A stretch of DNA of 63,957 nucleotides, counting the filler, from Vezdaea acicularis (lineage: Eukaryota): assembly GCA_026025075.1 (NCBI GenBank). It is 3 parts of 3 records of this genome, joined end to end, with 100 filler letters (N's around TTAATTAATTAA, not from the genome) between each part and the next. Parts side by side here need not be neighbours in the genome. Positions count along the whole stretch, not along the records: positions 1 to 26,791 come from JAPEUI010000176.1; 2 more parts are not named here. One strand, 5' to 3'. Below, piece after piece: positions 12,474-26,250 of this stretch (within the stretch, counting starts at the first letter, position 1; every line of letters begins with the position of its first letter). Position numbers and translations under genes: made by a program. The notes below the pieces were generated by a model. The model saw only the letters and a program-made list of their open reading frames with translations, made no database searches and was not told where the DNA came from.

Positions 12474-12888
12474 GGTTGCAATGAGGATCTTTTAATTACA
12501 GAATTCAAGGTGAGCAACGTGTGTTAAAGGGGATCCAATTTGGTTGCAAACCACGTTCGTGCTGTGGAGGGAATATGCACTGTACTTCTAACTTTATAAC
12601 TGGATCTATGCTCGGCATTAGAGCTTGGCCGCTCTAGAAATTTACGATTCGGGATTAGCGTGTTTCGCGTAGGGCTCACCCCACGATACAGAGCCACAGC
12701 TCGCTTCAATCTCAAAATTCCGTAGTGTCCTTCAACTTCCAATCTTTATTTCTTCGACAACTCGGACTTAGGCATCAAGCAGTACGTCTGTCAAACCTTT
12801 AGATCCTTGTTCTATCTCTTTCTCTCTTGGAAGACTCAACTAACAGGGCCTACCCATTATATAGAAATCAATCTGCTTTACTGCAACC

Positions 12889-13175
12889 ATGTCTCACGAA
12901 ACAGTCTGGTATTCACGCCCGCGCACCTATGGGAAGGGCTCTCGCTCCTGGTAATACCCCCGCAATGTTCTATGGCTTTATTTGCGTCTGACTTGTTGGA
13001 CAACAGCCGTGTCTGCACACATAAAGCCGGTTTGATAAGGAAATACGGTCTCAATATCTGTAGACAGTGTTTCAGGGAAAAGAGCACGGACATTGGGTTC
13101 ATCAAGGTGAGCAGAATAGAGGAATTACGCATATGTAGAGTTTTGGGCTGATATGGGGGGATTTAGCATCGCTGA
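12889..13175 (+). CDS. RPS29: 40S ribosomal protein S29 (uS14), 3 coding exons; probable 5'UTR intron 12782-12846
   Basis: Splices to [56 protein letters not shown]. Confidence 0.95.
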
Positions 13176-13377
13176 GTAGAGAGATGATCTGGAAATTTCC
13201 GTATTCGGTAGTGTAGAGATATTAAGACGGCGAAAAGGTGGCTTCACTAGCTATAATTTATCCGTTTGAAATGGTCCAGCAGTCAAAACTACACAGTCGT
13301 TCAAACAAATCAGGGAGAAGGTGTGGATATCCAGCCATCTGATTGGCTCTGCGCCCCTTACTCCTCTAGACCTCTAA

Positions 13378-15329
13378 TTAACCCTTTAAACTCCTCCCTA
13401 AAAGCTCCGCGATCTCCTTGATTAATTTCTCCTCCGCTTTAAACGCTTTGCTCTTTAGTTTATCATGCACGACGCTTTCTGCATCTAATACCTTACACAT
13501 CTCGGCAACCTCCCCTTGAATATTGCCCAAATACACCAAGAAGCCCACGCTTAGCAATAAACCTCTCATTGCTTCTTCACTAGCCTCTTCCTGCCGAATA
13601 GCCTCCAGGAGACTGGCTACTAACTCACATTGCTCTTCTTCAGCCAACGCCTCCCGCCCACTGTCATCGCGTCTTTGAAGTTGCACATATGCAGCGATAT
13701 TGAAAGACAGAGAAGCTGCAGCAACGCGAAGTACTGGATGTTTGTCATCTAGAAGGGATGAAGTGATAAGCGTGATGGTGGGATCCCTAAGTAAGGGCTT
13801 TGTGAGGATCGCTTCAGGATATAGAGTTGTGGACCACAGGTTACAACAGGCCTGCAGGGTCACTAGGCGCATTGGGTATGGACATTCTGTTTCTTTGGTG
13901 TTTACAAGATTTAGAAGTGTAATAATGGTTTTATGGTCTCGCTCCTCGGCGAAGTACCCGCTCACTCGTGGATCGACGAGAGTACAACGGAAGAGGTCGA
14001 TAAGAGGAAAGAGGGAAACAACCGGAAGGCTATTGAAAGAGGTGATAATGAACTCTGCGAAGGTGGAGAGGTTAGGGATGCTAGCTTCACTAGGACCAGC
14101 TTCTGCACGGAGGGTGAGAAACTTCTTGACGGATTGGATGATGGGATCTATCCCAGTGTTTCCCATCTTCAAGATAAGTTTCTCAAGAGGCGGTAGCTTG
14201 CCAAATATTATAGGGCTGGTGCTTGCGGATCTTAAAGTAGGAAATTTGAACGTAGTGTGAGGATGTGCTGGGTGCGCCATGTTGATTAGAAGGCCAATAT
14301 TGCCCCTGAGCTGACTTTCGCTAGCCCCCGTCCACTCGTTCTCTCGTTGACCCTTAAGGAAAGTTATGAATGTTGGTGTTGCACGGATGCTATATTGCGA
14401 GGCGATCTCGTACGCTTGTGTAGTGTCAACCTTGATCAACACTGCCTTGTTGCCTGCTTCGGCAGCAAGTTCATCGTATGCAGGGTACACTAGCTTGCAA
14501 GGCGGGCAGGTGGCTGCGGTAAAAAAGATAGTGGCGCAGGACTTGGAGGCCGAGGCAAGGAGAGTATCTAACTCTCGAAGGCTTGTGACATTATGAACCT
14601 TCCCTTGGGATGAGTGTATGCCGTTGGACGCCGGCTTGGAATTAACGCCATTGGTTGAAGCTGCGATAGGGCGGGCAACATCTCCTCGTTGTGGAATTGC
14701 CGATGCTGGCGGAAGTGGCGCTTGTGTCACAGATCTCATGGCGTTGTCTAGCGCTGGGCGCAGCATCTGACCGAATGGTGTGTTTAGTACTGTCTGAGGC
14801 AGCGATGTGATATGTTCTGGAATGCCTTTGCCGACAAGAAATGTTGCGAAGTCGTTCGAGAAGTTGTTACAGTTATGAAGAAAGAGGTCATAAGACTGTT
14901 TTACCGGTCAGAGATTAGAAGTAGGAATCTCAGGAGCGAGGTATACCTCGATAGTGTATATCTGCTTCAGTGACTCGAGATATTCTGCAATCACGTCCAT
15001 TGGGAGCGAGGTTATACCAAGTGGTATGATCTCCATTGGCTGTCCTACTTTTTCTTAGTCTATATCTTAGCGTGTGACCTTGCAGCTCTACTGACCGTGA
15101 TGCGTAGATCCAGGTACGCACGTCTGCACGCCCGCACCATATAGATACTCGACCCCTCCGAAGACTACCGCAGTGTGATACACGGCATCGATCTGGATCC
15201 CAAGGAAGTCTCTGGACATCTGTCTTGCAAGACCCTATTAAGAGCCTCAGTAATCTGAGCGACAGGCCATGCTAGTAGCAACCATCAACATACCTTTGAA
15301 AGGTCATAAACGTAAAGGCTCACCTCCAT
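13378..15329 (-). CDS. PPPDE (DeSI-type) peptidase-thioredoxin-PUL domain protein
   Basis: 5' exons [12 protein letters not shown]...[11 protein letters not shown] and [12 protein letters not shown] (PPPDE His/Cys dyad), then TCPPCK thioredoxin, then PUL domain ([18 protein letters not shown]). Confidence 0.88.
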
Positions 15330-15792
15330 AGCTAACGAGTGCACCGTGAACGTCGGGGTCCGGAATGTTGGAGTTGCCGACAGGTCTTAAGGGGACTCAG
15401 GGCTGAAACCTTACGATAAGGTCGGATTGAGCTTTATCGGAATTGGTTCAGGAATAGGGATAGCTAGGACAGACGTGGTTAGGATTTGCAAAGTCGACCT
15501 TCGCTTCATATCTATCCTTCAGACCCTTCGACAAGGTTCGCCGGCCAGGCACATGGTGGCGGTATTAGGAATTTAGGTTCTCGCTTGCGATGAGGCACCG
15601 GGGGCTTGCGTCTCCTCCAAAGTACGCTAATGCACGGCCTAAATCTAGCCTGAAGCAGAACCATCGTCTTTCATCACCAGAACAAGGAGCAGAACATCGT
15701 TACAACCGAGAACAAGGAACAAGCTTTTGCATCCTCCAACATCGTAAGCGTTATTCTTCACTGGTACTTTGAAATAGTGGCCGAGAGGAATC

Positions 15793-16383
15793 ATGCCTCC
15801 GAAGCGGCGAAAAACAACCCGGTCAAGCCCAGCGGCGCCTGCAGCACCAAAACGTTCTAAAATAGCCCGTGAGAACGACCTCACGGCAAATGAAGAAGCC
15901 GAGATCAAAGAAGCCTTCCATTTATTCTCCCTTTCCGGCTCTGAGACTGGAGTTCGCGGCTTCGAAGATGAGAAGGAAGGAGTCATACCTACTGCTGATG
16001 TGCGGCGCGCGTTGATTGCGCTCGGCCTTGCTCCCAGCCACAAAGAAGAACTGAAGGAGATTGTGGCGACGTTGGACCCGGACAGCGAGGGCTACGTCCC
16101 ATATGGGAATTTTCTCTCAGTTTGCGCACTCAAGATGCATTCGCGGACGGATGAAACAGTCTCGGATGAGATTAGCGCCGCATATAGTCTATTTACGGCG
16201 GGAGGAAATGGACCTATCACGATGGCGCATTTGAGGAGGATTGCAAGGGATTTGAAGGAAAATGTGACGGATGGACAGTTGAGCGACATGATACTAGAAG
16301 CGAATGGGGGAGCTGGAGTCAGTAGAGGGGTACGGGAAAAGGAGTTTGAGGACGTTATGCGACGAGCGGGGGTATTTGGGTAG
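15793..16383 (+). CDS. EF-hand centrin/calmodulin-like protein
   Basis: EIKEAFHLF, LDPDSEGYV.YGNFL, ITMAHLRRIARDLKENVTD..L.DMI.EA. Confidence 0.85.
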   Translation: MPPKRRKTTRSSPAAPAAPKRSKIARENDLTANEEAEIKEAFHLFSLSGSETGVRGFEDEKEGVIPTADVRRALIALGLAPSHKEELKEIVATLDPDSEGYVPYGNFLSVCALKMHSRTDETVSDEISAAYSLFTAGGNGPITMAHLRRIARDLKENVTDGQLSDMILEANGGAGVSRGVREKEFEDVMRRAGVFG

Positions 16384-16911
16384 GCATCAAACTCGTGCAT
16401 GAAGAACATTGCAAGGTAACATTACAAGGTATGGTGTCGCACTACCAACGTTCTTGTTCAATCTCATTTCATTGCTTAAAACGAGAATGCTAACCAAGCC
16501 CACTCAACCGGAACAGTGGCTGCGATTAATTTACGGTTTCGAGATGTTTCTAAGGATGATGTATGAAGCACATTGCATTGCACGACTGCCCCCCACATGG
16601 TACGAATGGTTAGAATGAGCTGCGACACCTCATTGCTTGCCAAAATCCTTCGAATTTGATTTTTCTGCTTTACTTTAGACATTACGTTCCATGGAGATGC
16701 CGTGTATCCTGGGCAAGCTCGGGGCTCATTAGGTCACACTGCTTATACGGCGGCCTTTTTGGATGCCATGAATGGTAAGGATTTGGAAGGGCATCTTGTT
16801 GCATGGCAATGACCAGAAAGGTTGTCCGCTAGCGAAATTTCAGATTTCTCTACTCTATTCGCCCCTTGTTACCAAGTTCAACAACCGTAATAATCGTCAG
16901 CCGCCAAAATC

Positions 16912-17714
16912 TCACATAGCCTTCTCCTCTGCCTCCGGGCTCGCCTCAATCCTTGCCTCTACCACAGTCTTTGGCTGGGCCTGCGCAACCGACTCGTTAT
17001 ATCCACGATGCTCTGAATGCTTCTTATAATAGAAGCTATCGGGCTTCGGTTTTAGCTCTGGGCTGATCTTTTCCATTACGACAGCCAGGATGGCATCGAT
17101 AGATTTCTGATTTGACCCATCTCGATTCCAGATCTGAACAAGGTGCGAGTTAAATCGATTTGAGATCGTCACCCCGCAGATATCGTCCCCTATTGCGAGG
17201 TTAGTGAGATGAAAAGGAGATAGGAGTGGATGATAGACTAACCACGCTGGCTCGCCACAGCTTCCTGCAGAGCTTCACCAACCGCGAACATCATGACCTC
17301 GTTCCAGAACGCCTCGCTCTTGTCTTTGCTCACTCTGAAGGTCCACGAACCACCCTTCAAGTTACGGGGGTCCTCCCATACAGGCTTCACGGTCTTCTTG
17401 AACAAATGAATCGAGTCCCGTATCTTGAGGATAGAGATTGGAGTGTTGTTGACAAAGTCCCAGAAGTCTTTCACATCACCCACGCTGTGGAGAGCCTTTA
17501 CCCGATTCTCGTAGGCAGGAGCGCCCTTGGAGGCGTCCTGATGCCCGTCAAACCAAAATTCCCAGCGATGGGTGAAGGGAGGAGGGCGAAGCTTGCGATG
17601 GAGAATATCGAGTCGCTCGCGACGCTGTTCCTTTGTGGCCGGTGAAAGGGTGGCCGAGGTAGGTGTAGTGGTGGGACTCGCGTCCTCAGGGACAGACGCA
17701 AGATTTGACGACAT
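16912..17714 (-). CDS. Translation initiation factor eIF4E-family protein (non-canonical paralog), intron ~17190-17242
   Basis: HRWEFWFD, VKDFWDF.NN, HLFKKTVKPVWEDPRNLKGGSW, DDICGV, QIWNR, FYYKKHSE. Confidence 0.9.
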
Positions 17715-18230
17715 TTCGAGGTGAACGAAGTCCTTTGTTTCGTAAGATTTGCGTAATGTAGTTCGAACGAGCTCTTCGAATGAGGATGGAGGAGATGATG
17801 GAGGGTTGCAGGAGTAACCGAGGACGACGAACTCGCCCGTCTGCTCCGATTTACGGAGAGCCGCTGTAATAAGATCCCCAAAGGAAGCAGGCGAAGGGGC
17901 AGGAAAGGCGCAGGAAGCCTCCAGACGACCGTCGCAGATTATGGGGGAGCTCCCGCGTCTCTCAAGGCAGATAGAAGGGGAGGTCTCCCGGCTTTTGGCC
18001 TGGCCGTCGCTGGTGGCAAGTGAGGCTTTCGAAGTCTTGATTGCCTCGCAGCTGTCGTCTGACTTAACAAGACACTCAGAGGGCGAAGCGATATATGGTT
18101 GAGTCAGGTGGCGGCGAGGGTTATCTACGAATCAAGGCTTAGTGAATGCTCCCAAATCAGGAAGAGCCTCCAAATACCAGCAGAAAAATGCTTTGAATAG
18201 GGTGGGAAGACCTTGTACGGCTCAGTAAGA

Positions 18231-18254
18231 TGCTGATGCTGATGCTGATGCTGA
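18231..18254. repeat. (TGCTGA)4 microsatellite
   Basis: tgctgatgctgatgctgatgctga. Confidence 0.8.
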
Positions 18255-19177
18255 TAGAATGGGAGGATCTCCGGATATTTTCCTGGAGTGATGCTTGAAG
18301 TTATTGGGATATCGTCTTTCTCAGTAGAGACGGTGGAGCCGAAATATTTGGTGCTAGGCACGAGATAATCCTTCTCATACCGCTGGTGGTGTTGATGAAT
18401 GCTGTGGCAGAGCTCGGGGTGGTCTCTTCCGAGGTCTCGACTATATAAGAAAGGCATGCCGTGAATCATAGTTCAGAAGTATCGTTAAGTTTAAGAAAAG
18501 AATTACGTAAATATATATTAAGGGCCAAAGTAGGAGAGCAACAACAGGATATTGGTCCGTTGAATATGAGAAGAATGAACCCTCAAGAATTGAAGCTGAG
18601 ATAAACTGGACGAAGGAGGGGTAGGGGTGATGAAGAAGATCCAAATGTTCAGAAAAAGGGACGCCATTTTACAGCAGTATACTGAAATGGAGGAGGCTGG
18701 TTCTCACAATAGTGCTAAACCAAATTGGAAACCACGGTGACAATAGGAATCACCCACCTCAATAGACAAGCGCAAATATGATGAACACGCGCACCCGGTG
18801 CCTCAAGTGGTAGGCAAACAGCCCAAGCTCCTTGCAATGCAGTAGATACTCTACCAGGCGAGATAACAGTTATAGGGCCCGCAGATCTTTCTCGATGCAC
18901 AATGAGCGTTGAAGTGGCATCTCACGATAATTTGCCATAAAGAGGGGGATGGGGTTTCTTTATGTCGACCGGCCTTTCTCTCGTGCTGGTTCCAGCATCG
19001 TCTCTGATTCGTCACAGCCCCTGCGCCGGCTCCCAGGCGAAGCTCAGCAGCGGGCGCTTGCTTGCCTGGCGTTCGCTAAGAACTGAAACAATCACGGCGG
19101 GCCAGAGCAGCCGAGTTTCACGACTGGTCTTTGCGCCCGAAGATCGATTTAACGTCACTCGAAACTGCCAATCAAGC

Positions 19178-20070
19178 ATGTGCCCGTCGCATTCTCGAAA
19201 GAGGTCTCTATACGAAGCTGACGACGCCGCGCCTACTAGTGACTTGGAGGGCAGCTCTAAGAAGCACAAGGCGGAAGTTACCGCGGCTATCCCTGGCAGT
19301 TTCCCTGGTGTCGCGGAATTGCAGACCAATTTAGATCTCAAGGGCGAGGTCGTGAAGGACGATAGCGGGGAATCAAGCTCGAGCTCGAGCTCAAGTTCAT
19401 CTTCATCTAGCTATGACTCCTCCGACGAGGAGTCCGGGGGACCCTCAGATGATGTGGAGCATTCTGAAGGTGCCAGTGACGACGAGGAGTACTCGTCGAC
19501 CTCTTCTTCATCGTCATCCTCGTCTGAGGACGAGGCTCGCGTCTCTTCCCCTGTCCCACCACCCCCGCCTATCGCAACCCTGCCGCGACTAAGGAAACCG
19601 CCTATTACCTCGGCCCCTGGGAATGAATCTAGGCGTAAGATCCCAGTCCTCTCTTTCCAGGTACTGGAAGCTGAACATATTAGTACTATCTCGATTGTCA
19701 TCATTCTTGCCCTCCATGGCAGCTGCGAATGAGGCCCTAGAGGAGGACAGGTTGGCCGGGCGCCTAGAGGAGAAGCAATTGGAGAACGTGCAGGAGGGTG
19801 AAAGCCATATTGAAATGGTTTGGCCTTCACGTGTTGCTGGTTTTTGACAAACACGGTTGCTAACTTGGTTCCTAGGATTTGGGACTTGGGGTCCTCGAAG
19901 CTAAAGCAGACAACTCAAGCACTAGTAGCAGTAGTGAGAGTAGCGACGAAGAAACCCGACTCAACCGACTTAGAGGCGAGAAAAAAAGGGCGCATGCATC
20001 GATTACAAAACCAGCCATCGAGGAGCTTGGTGAAGGATTAGACCCCGCTCACTCTACCTCGTCCTTTTGA
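19178..20070 (+). CDS. Ser/acidic-rich protein with C-terminal DUF4598 (NOPCHAP1/C12orf45-like)
   Basis: Spliced C-terminus LSRLSSFLPSMAAANEALE...HIEMDLGLGVLE matches the DUF4598 pattern. Start codon uncertain. Confidence 0.7.
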
Positions 20071-20217
20071 GCGTTTCCCCACTACCGTTGTAAACATCTA
20101 TTTATTCCCCCATCAAGCAATGCAAGCGATAGCTTTTGCGGTCTATTACAAGAGCTGGAAGCAATTGTAGCGCCATAATGGATACCCCAAGATATCTGCA
20201 GAAAAAATGGTTACTTT

Positions 20218-22040
20218 TTACTTCGTAATTTCTTGTATTCGACACGTCCATCCAGACTCTTGACTGAGCAGAGGCAAACTGAACCAGGTTAGCGTTTGAC
20301 TCTAGATATCCGGAGTGGCATATGTTACCTGGCTCCTAGACACCACCCTAATTCATTGCCCTTGATCTTCTTCGCAATCTTGACTTCCCGATCAATAGGC
20401 ATTTCATAACCTGTGTGCAACAGTGCCAGCATAAAGTTCAAATCTAAACAATGCTCCGGACGCTCTTGTAACTCCTTCACAGCCCCATCAACTCCGGAGA
20501 AAACATCCCAGTGCTCAGCTCCACCACATACTTGAGCCGCAAGATCATGCAATTCCCGAATTGTGAAAGACTCTGGCATGCCAAGAGGCTGTGTGCGGTC
20601 ATAGAAGTAGGAAAATATGTACACGTCCTCACGCGCGAAAGTCTTCTCTAGCGAGGGTTGGTAAACGCCCTGGAATGAGCAAGGTGCAAGCGTACAATGC
20701 TTGTCCTTTGACAGGATTTTTTCAGCCACCCCTCGACATTGAGCTGGCGACCCAGTCTCAGGACCTGTCATATTCACTTTCACAGTATTGCCGCTTTCGA
20801 GCGCAACTTCCACGACGCGCGAAGTTCCGGGCGCGATACAAGGATTCGTGATACCCTGAGAAATCCAGTCACGCGATGAACTACTATGCTCCGAAGCACT
20901 TTGAAAGACCGTTTGGTGAATAGATTTTCGGGCCTCCATCAGGCCATAGCCAAGGTGAGAATGTTGGTAAAGTTCAAAGTGTCGCCCACCAAAATCTAAA
21001 TCGTACTTGTGGTCCCCTTCGGCCAGAGTCTCTGGCATACCCCCAGAAGCACTCTTGAATGTTGGCTGGAAGACGATCTGCGTAGAGCCGCCGCCTAGAT
21101 CAAAGACTGCTGCCGTGGGTGTCTTATCGGGGCCACCAATCTTCCCCAGAAGATAGTTTGTGGTAATCCAGGCATAGACGCCTTCATCTGAGCCCTCCAT
21201 TATTTGAACACCACCTTTCTCCTTAGCTACAACAGGGAAAGGATAGACAGTCTCGAGACGATTCCGAACGGCATCTAGGATCTTTTTGCTCTTTTCCTCT
21301 CCAAGTTTCCTTAATCCTGCAGTAGCCTTCACTGCAATAGGTGTGCATGACTTCAACTTGTCCGGAACAGTCTCTAAAGCAAGATCTAACAAGACATCCA
21401 AGCTCTTCGCAGCCTGTTCAGGGTCGTTAGCGTAGCTACTAAGCCCCGATCCGCCCTCCTTCTTTTCCGTCATTTTGAAATCTTCTTTTTCCAGCTCGGG
21501 TGATGAACCGCAATTATTGAAGCGGTAAACATGAATGCGGGATCCAGTGCTTCCCGCATCGATCATGAGCGCATATTGTATAAGAGGCTTCGAAGCATGT
21601 GAGGATTTTGAACATTTCGTCGTCCCGACGGAAGGATCTGAAGCTGTTTGGCCTCCGTGGCCAACCGTATGATCTGTCAAGTTATTAGAATTCGTGGCTT
21701 ACGGATTTTTTTTTCATGGATAAGAGTTCCTACCTTTAGCATATTCTGTAACTCCTTTGCCGCCAGACGTCAGAAAGATTATAAACAGCGCAAACACTGC
21801 CAGCACACCCCCAATCTTCACCAGCCTCGATCGCTGACTTTGATTCATCCAGGAACCTTTGCTGTTACTTGTGAACCCGCCGGGTTCTCCGTTTCCAAGA
21901 TGACGGTCGGGTTTCTCAAAGGGGTCGTTTGGATCGCAGCGGGTTGGTAGTGAGATAGATTGCCGTCGGACTGGCGAGCTATTAAAGCTAAGATATGACC
22001 ACAAACTAGGGCGTTTTCGAACGTTGTCTCTCCCCGGCAT
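20218..22040 (-). CDS. GDA1: Golgi guanosine diphosphatase (GDA1/CD39 NTPDase)
   Basis: N-terminal TM anchor; apyrase conserved regions IDAGSTGSR, KATAGLR, DEGVYAWIT.NYL, DLGGGSTQ, GWCLGA; last exon LPLLSQESGWTCRIQEITK. Confidence 0.95.
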
Positions 22041-23337
22041 GAGACTGACAGGAAAGGATGCGTCCTGCTCATGGAACGCTCCTTTGCTAGCCGTAACGAA
22101 AAGGGGAAAAAAGGGAGTGAGAAAGAAGGGGGCGAACTCGCTCAAGATTACTAAGACCAGAGAAAGAGGGAGGGATTTAGCGCAATCATCAATGAATGTC
22201 AAACGCAACGGCGAAGAAGATTCATGGCTTCAAGTGAGATAAAAAGATTCTTTCCAAAATTTCGAGGTGTTCCCGGCTCAAGCCAGATACATCCCTGTCA
22301 GAATTCGGGGGATAATTTTAGCGTCGGTTAGACGGCAGACGCCGCTTATGCACACATCTTGCGAGCATTCACATTTTGTTCATGCATTTTGTGGACTCGG
22401 AAACCACGGCATACAGCGCAGCAGATGGGATCATGTAAATGACAAATGGCATATAATAAAGCAACATATGTCATTTCATCGGTTCAATCTACATATACAG
22501 AGAATCGTCGTCCACAAAGCGTACCCTTTTTGCTATATTACTGCTGTAACAACAGGAAATTTTCAATCGTAGCCCAGAATCGATACTGTCCACGACTCTC
22601 TATCCCAATTGCAAATCGCTAATTGAGAAATCACTACGCGGGCCATTCAAAGTTCTAGTGGTCGAGCATAGGCAGGGGATGCTTCCAATAAAGCTAGAGC
22701 TTACCGTCGCCTTTCCCCTAGGACGAGCAAGTGTAGACAGAGAAGCAAGATCAAACCGTGCCTTGAAGAATAAATTCTTCAAGGCACCTTTAACTGTTCT
22801 TTCCACTCTTAAGTGAGTTGGATGTCTGGGCATATACCCGGACTGAGACTGGTTAGGGGGGACATTCTCAGAAGTTCGGGGCTTAAAGTCATACAAGTCG
22901 GAATAAATCGATGTAATCAGTCTGTTGTTACGTAATCGACCTTGGCTTCAAGTTGAGTTTATAAGATCAATATAAGCCGCTAGACATAGAACCTCATGTT
23001 ACTGTAGGATAAAGCGTCTAATACTCTATGCACATGAAGCGTTATGTTACAGGGATAAGCTGTCATAGCTAAAACAAGAACTTGGTAATATCTGGTAACA
23101 TTCGAGAACTCTGAACCATTGACGAAAGCTTTCCTCTCCAATCTTCGCTAAATGTAGCAACGCAACCAGTACGTGACTTGGGGTATATGAGCTTGGTGAA
23201 CCAGCCACGCAAAGCGTATGACCGTGAATAATCTTCGTCGTGGGACCTAAAAGTATTGACCTCCCTAAAACTTCGCCATAACCTGCCCTTCTGTCATTGT
23301 CCCCAGTACCTGGGTTGGAAACCTGCTCCTAGTACTG

Positions 23338-24721
23338 CTAATCTGCTAGGCGACCATATTCGTCTAGCCACCTAATAGAGATCTGTCAGTTGTAACTCCA
23401 CAATACAGCGGCGACATAACGACGACTTACCGCTGCAAGTATGGAGCCAGCTCATAATCAGGGGTCTCATTAGCCCGTCGGAGGTATATAACCGCATCAT
23501 TGAAGTAACGAAGGGCGGATTCATGGAAGGACACGTTGCCTAATGACATGAATGCTTCGGCGGCCTTGATGTTATACGTGTTAAAATTTGAATCGCAAGC
23601 GTATGATGATCAAGTTCTGGCATACCTGAGCCAACAGCTCTCCGGATGCTGCCACAATATCATGTCCGCCGTCAACGTCTCCAGCGAGGGCTTGCTGGTG
23701 TGCTGCGACTCGTCGATCTGCGATACTAACGGCGCGGGCAAGAAACTCCGTTGCAGGGAGCAGGATACCACGTGCTTCGACATATGGGCCGGTGTTCAAG
23801 CGCATGCTGGCGTGCGCATCGGATTCCTCAGCATCGCGTTCGTAGTCGTCTTGTGAGTACTGCTGAACGTTATCCTGGCCATTGCTACTAGAGCTTGTGG
23901 TCAGAGTAGGCGAATGCTCTAGCGCAGAGATTACGGAGAGATTCTGCTGAGCGCGGTAAAGCCAGCTGCGACCGATTCCTGGCTATAATTAGCAGTTTAG
24001 TTATGGACTCGCGAGGTAGTTTGCGCACCTTGCAGGGCCTCGAGGCATTCTTGATCACGGTTCAAGACTGTTAACCACTGTCGGAGACACCAGTCAGCGA
24101 TATCACGAATGCCCCCTTCATCGGCATTGAGATACGCTAGGTTTTGTAGGGTATTTAACACCGCGACTTGCTCCGTAGTACGACCTAGATCGTTCATGTA
24201 ATCTAACTGGTCGAATGAGGCTATTGCAGAGCGAGCCAAAGTGAAAAATTCTTGTGCATCTTCTGAAGATATTGCCGAGCTGAGCACACTGGAGATCCTG
24301 TTTACACTGGCTTTGCAAGAGGTCAGCCCCTGTGCGTTATGCTCACAAGTCAGGGTATATGTTAGTCGTGTTAGTAATGTAGGCCCCAAGCCGGCTGGTT
24401 GAATCAAGCGGGCTTGGCCGTAGGACACGCATGAAAAGTCTCTTCCATTGCTGTGCACTTAGTTAGACAAGCCAATACAGCCGTCGATCCTTCTACAGAG
24501 CCGCTGCAGCAAGTAAGTGTTGCTAAGAAGATAACGAACCTACCTAGACATGTGGTTATTCGTATCTCCCTATCTTGAGCCCTAGCTCGGGGTAAGATTG
24601 TGCTTCTGTTCGCCCGGGGCATGTTACGTGGTGGACTTGACCTGTCTGTCCTGCGAGTGCTGGGAGGGGTATAAATGTTTGGAAGAGCTCGCCGACGACG
24701 AGCGGAACGGGTCGGTGGCAT
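23338..24721 (-). CDS. Conserved fungal hypothetical protein with TPR-like helices (multi-exon)
   Basis: Collinear exons: IADWCLRQWL...ALQGIGRSWL..AQ, EARGILLPATEFLARAV, AEAFMSLGNV...YLRRA, WLDEYGR. Start uncertain. Confidence 0.65.
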
Positions 24722-26250
24722 GATATAAGAATGAGAAGGACGCGAATGCAGACGTAATTTGAACCACATCGGTCCCAACAAGGGATTGTCCAAAAAGCGG
24801 TGAACTTGGGATCCTCGCCTCAGGGCTTGCGGGAACGATGGGTGTATTTCTATGTCGCAACTCCCAGAACGATCACCGGAAATTCACAGATATTGGCTGA
24901 GATGGATGGAACCCTCGGAACAAGGTAGAGTTTTAGCTTCAGTCTAGATTATAAGCCCTATCCGAAGGAGTCGATAAAAATGCAAATACCAAAAAGGACT
25001 GACGCTGCAAGACAAGAAAGGGGAAGTACGCCACATCGTGGCACCTCCTTATATAACGTGAGAGCTGGCCATGGCAGGGCAAGACAAAGTATGCCTGATC
25101 CAACGGATTGACCGCATTAACCCTCACGAGCTAGAACGGAGGCAAAAACTAGCTGTGAGTAATAAATGACTGTGCAGAACTTCATGCTGGAAACGAGCAT
25201 GGGCAGCAAAAAGGAGTGCTCTTGAAACGCGGAGCACCATGAACTGAAATCGAGGAATAGACTCGAAAGGCGGCAATGTCCGCGTGGCGGATGGAAGTTC
25301 ATAGAGCATGAACGAGGCAGAGTAGCGGTCTGAAGTGGCTCTAGAAGGGACGGAAATGGTTTGATGTTCATCTATAGCGCTGTCGTCCGTTGCTTCCATT
25401 TGGAAGCTTGGGAGATTGACGTTATGTCCAGGGACTTGACGGGGCCGACAACTCGGGCGCTCGGGGTTTTAGCTTGCGTTAGTCCGGAGGCAACGGCTTG
25501 CGTGTAAGCCAGTACGGGTGTATTCGGCTGTCCACTCGAACTACGAGCATTAGCCTTCGATTTTATGGGATTGCGTTGGAGCCTGTGGCAAGCACGTCGA
25601 AAGAGTGGACGTCATCCAAGGGCAGTGTCGATATCGATGCTGGAGGCAAAGCCAACCGATTAAGCGTCGTTCGGACCTTAAAATTCGCTTGCGGCACGAT
25701 GACACACCGACCTCGGGCCAATCTAAACCCTTACCTAAGCTAACGCACGTATTTGAAGGACCGACAGTCGGAAAAACATCATCAAATGTCCGACGGCCGA
25801 CATTTCTCGGAATTGTTTAGAATGGCGGAGCCCCCCTGACCGGGAGAAGGAGAGGCGTAATGCTCACTACGCTCACGATACTTCTCACGAGCTGAACGCA
25901 GATCTACTCCTAGACTCTTCTATCTCTGTCTGATCATGACGGAGGACCTTATCAGGAGTTCTCTCAGCTATTTCCCATGCGTCGGGCCAACCGGACATAG
26001 GTGGCGTAGTGCCGATATGACCACCAGTCTAGGTCTAGACCTCTCTTGCTCAGAACCCCTGATGACTAAAACCTTCCCTGAGAGGTTCGTGGAAGTACGG
26101 GTACACGTACACGTAACAGGCCGCCAGCCAAGGATTATCACGTGCTGATAAGATAAAGAATCTCGCCAAACGTCATCGATCTTTCACGGTAGAAAGCGCC
26201 ATGCCTTTGTATACCTAATACACTTCGTTTTGCTGATCCATTCATTTCTT

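Noticed and set aside
11629..12495. 288-aa Ser-rich plus-strand ORF
   Set aside because: Antisense shadow of the Glu/Lys-rich MFAP1 gene.
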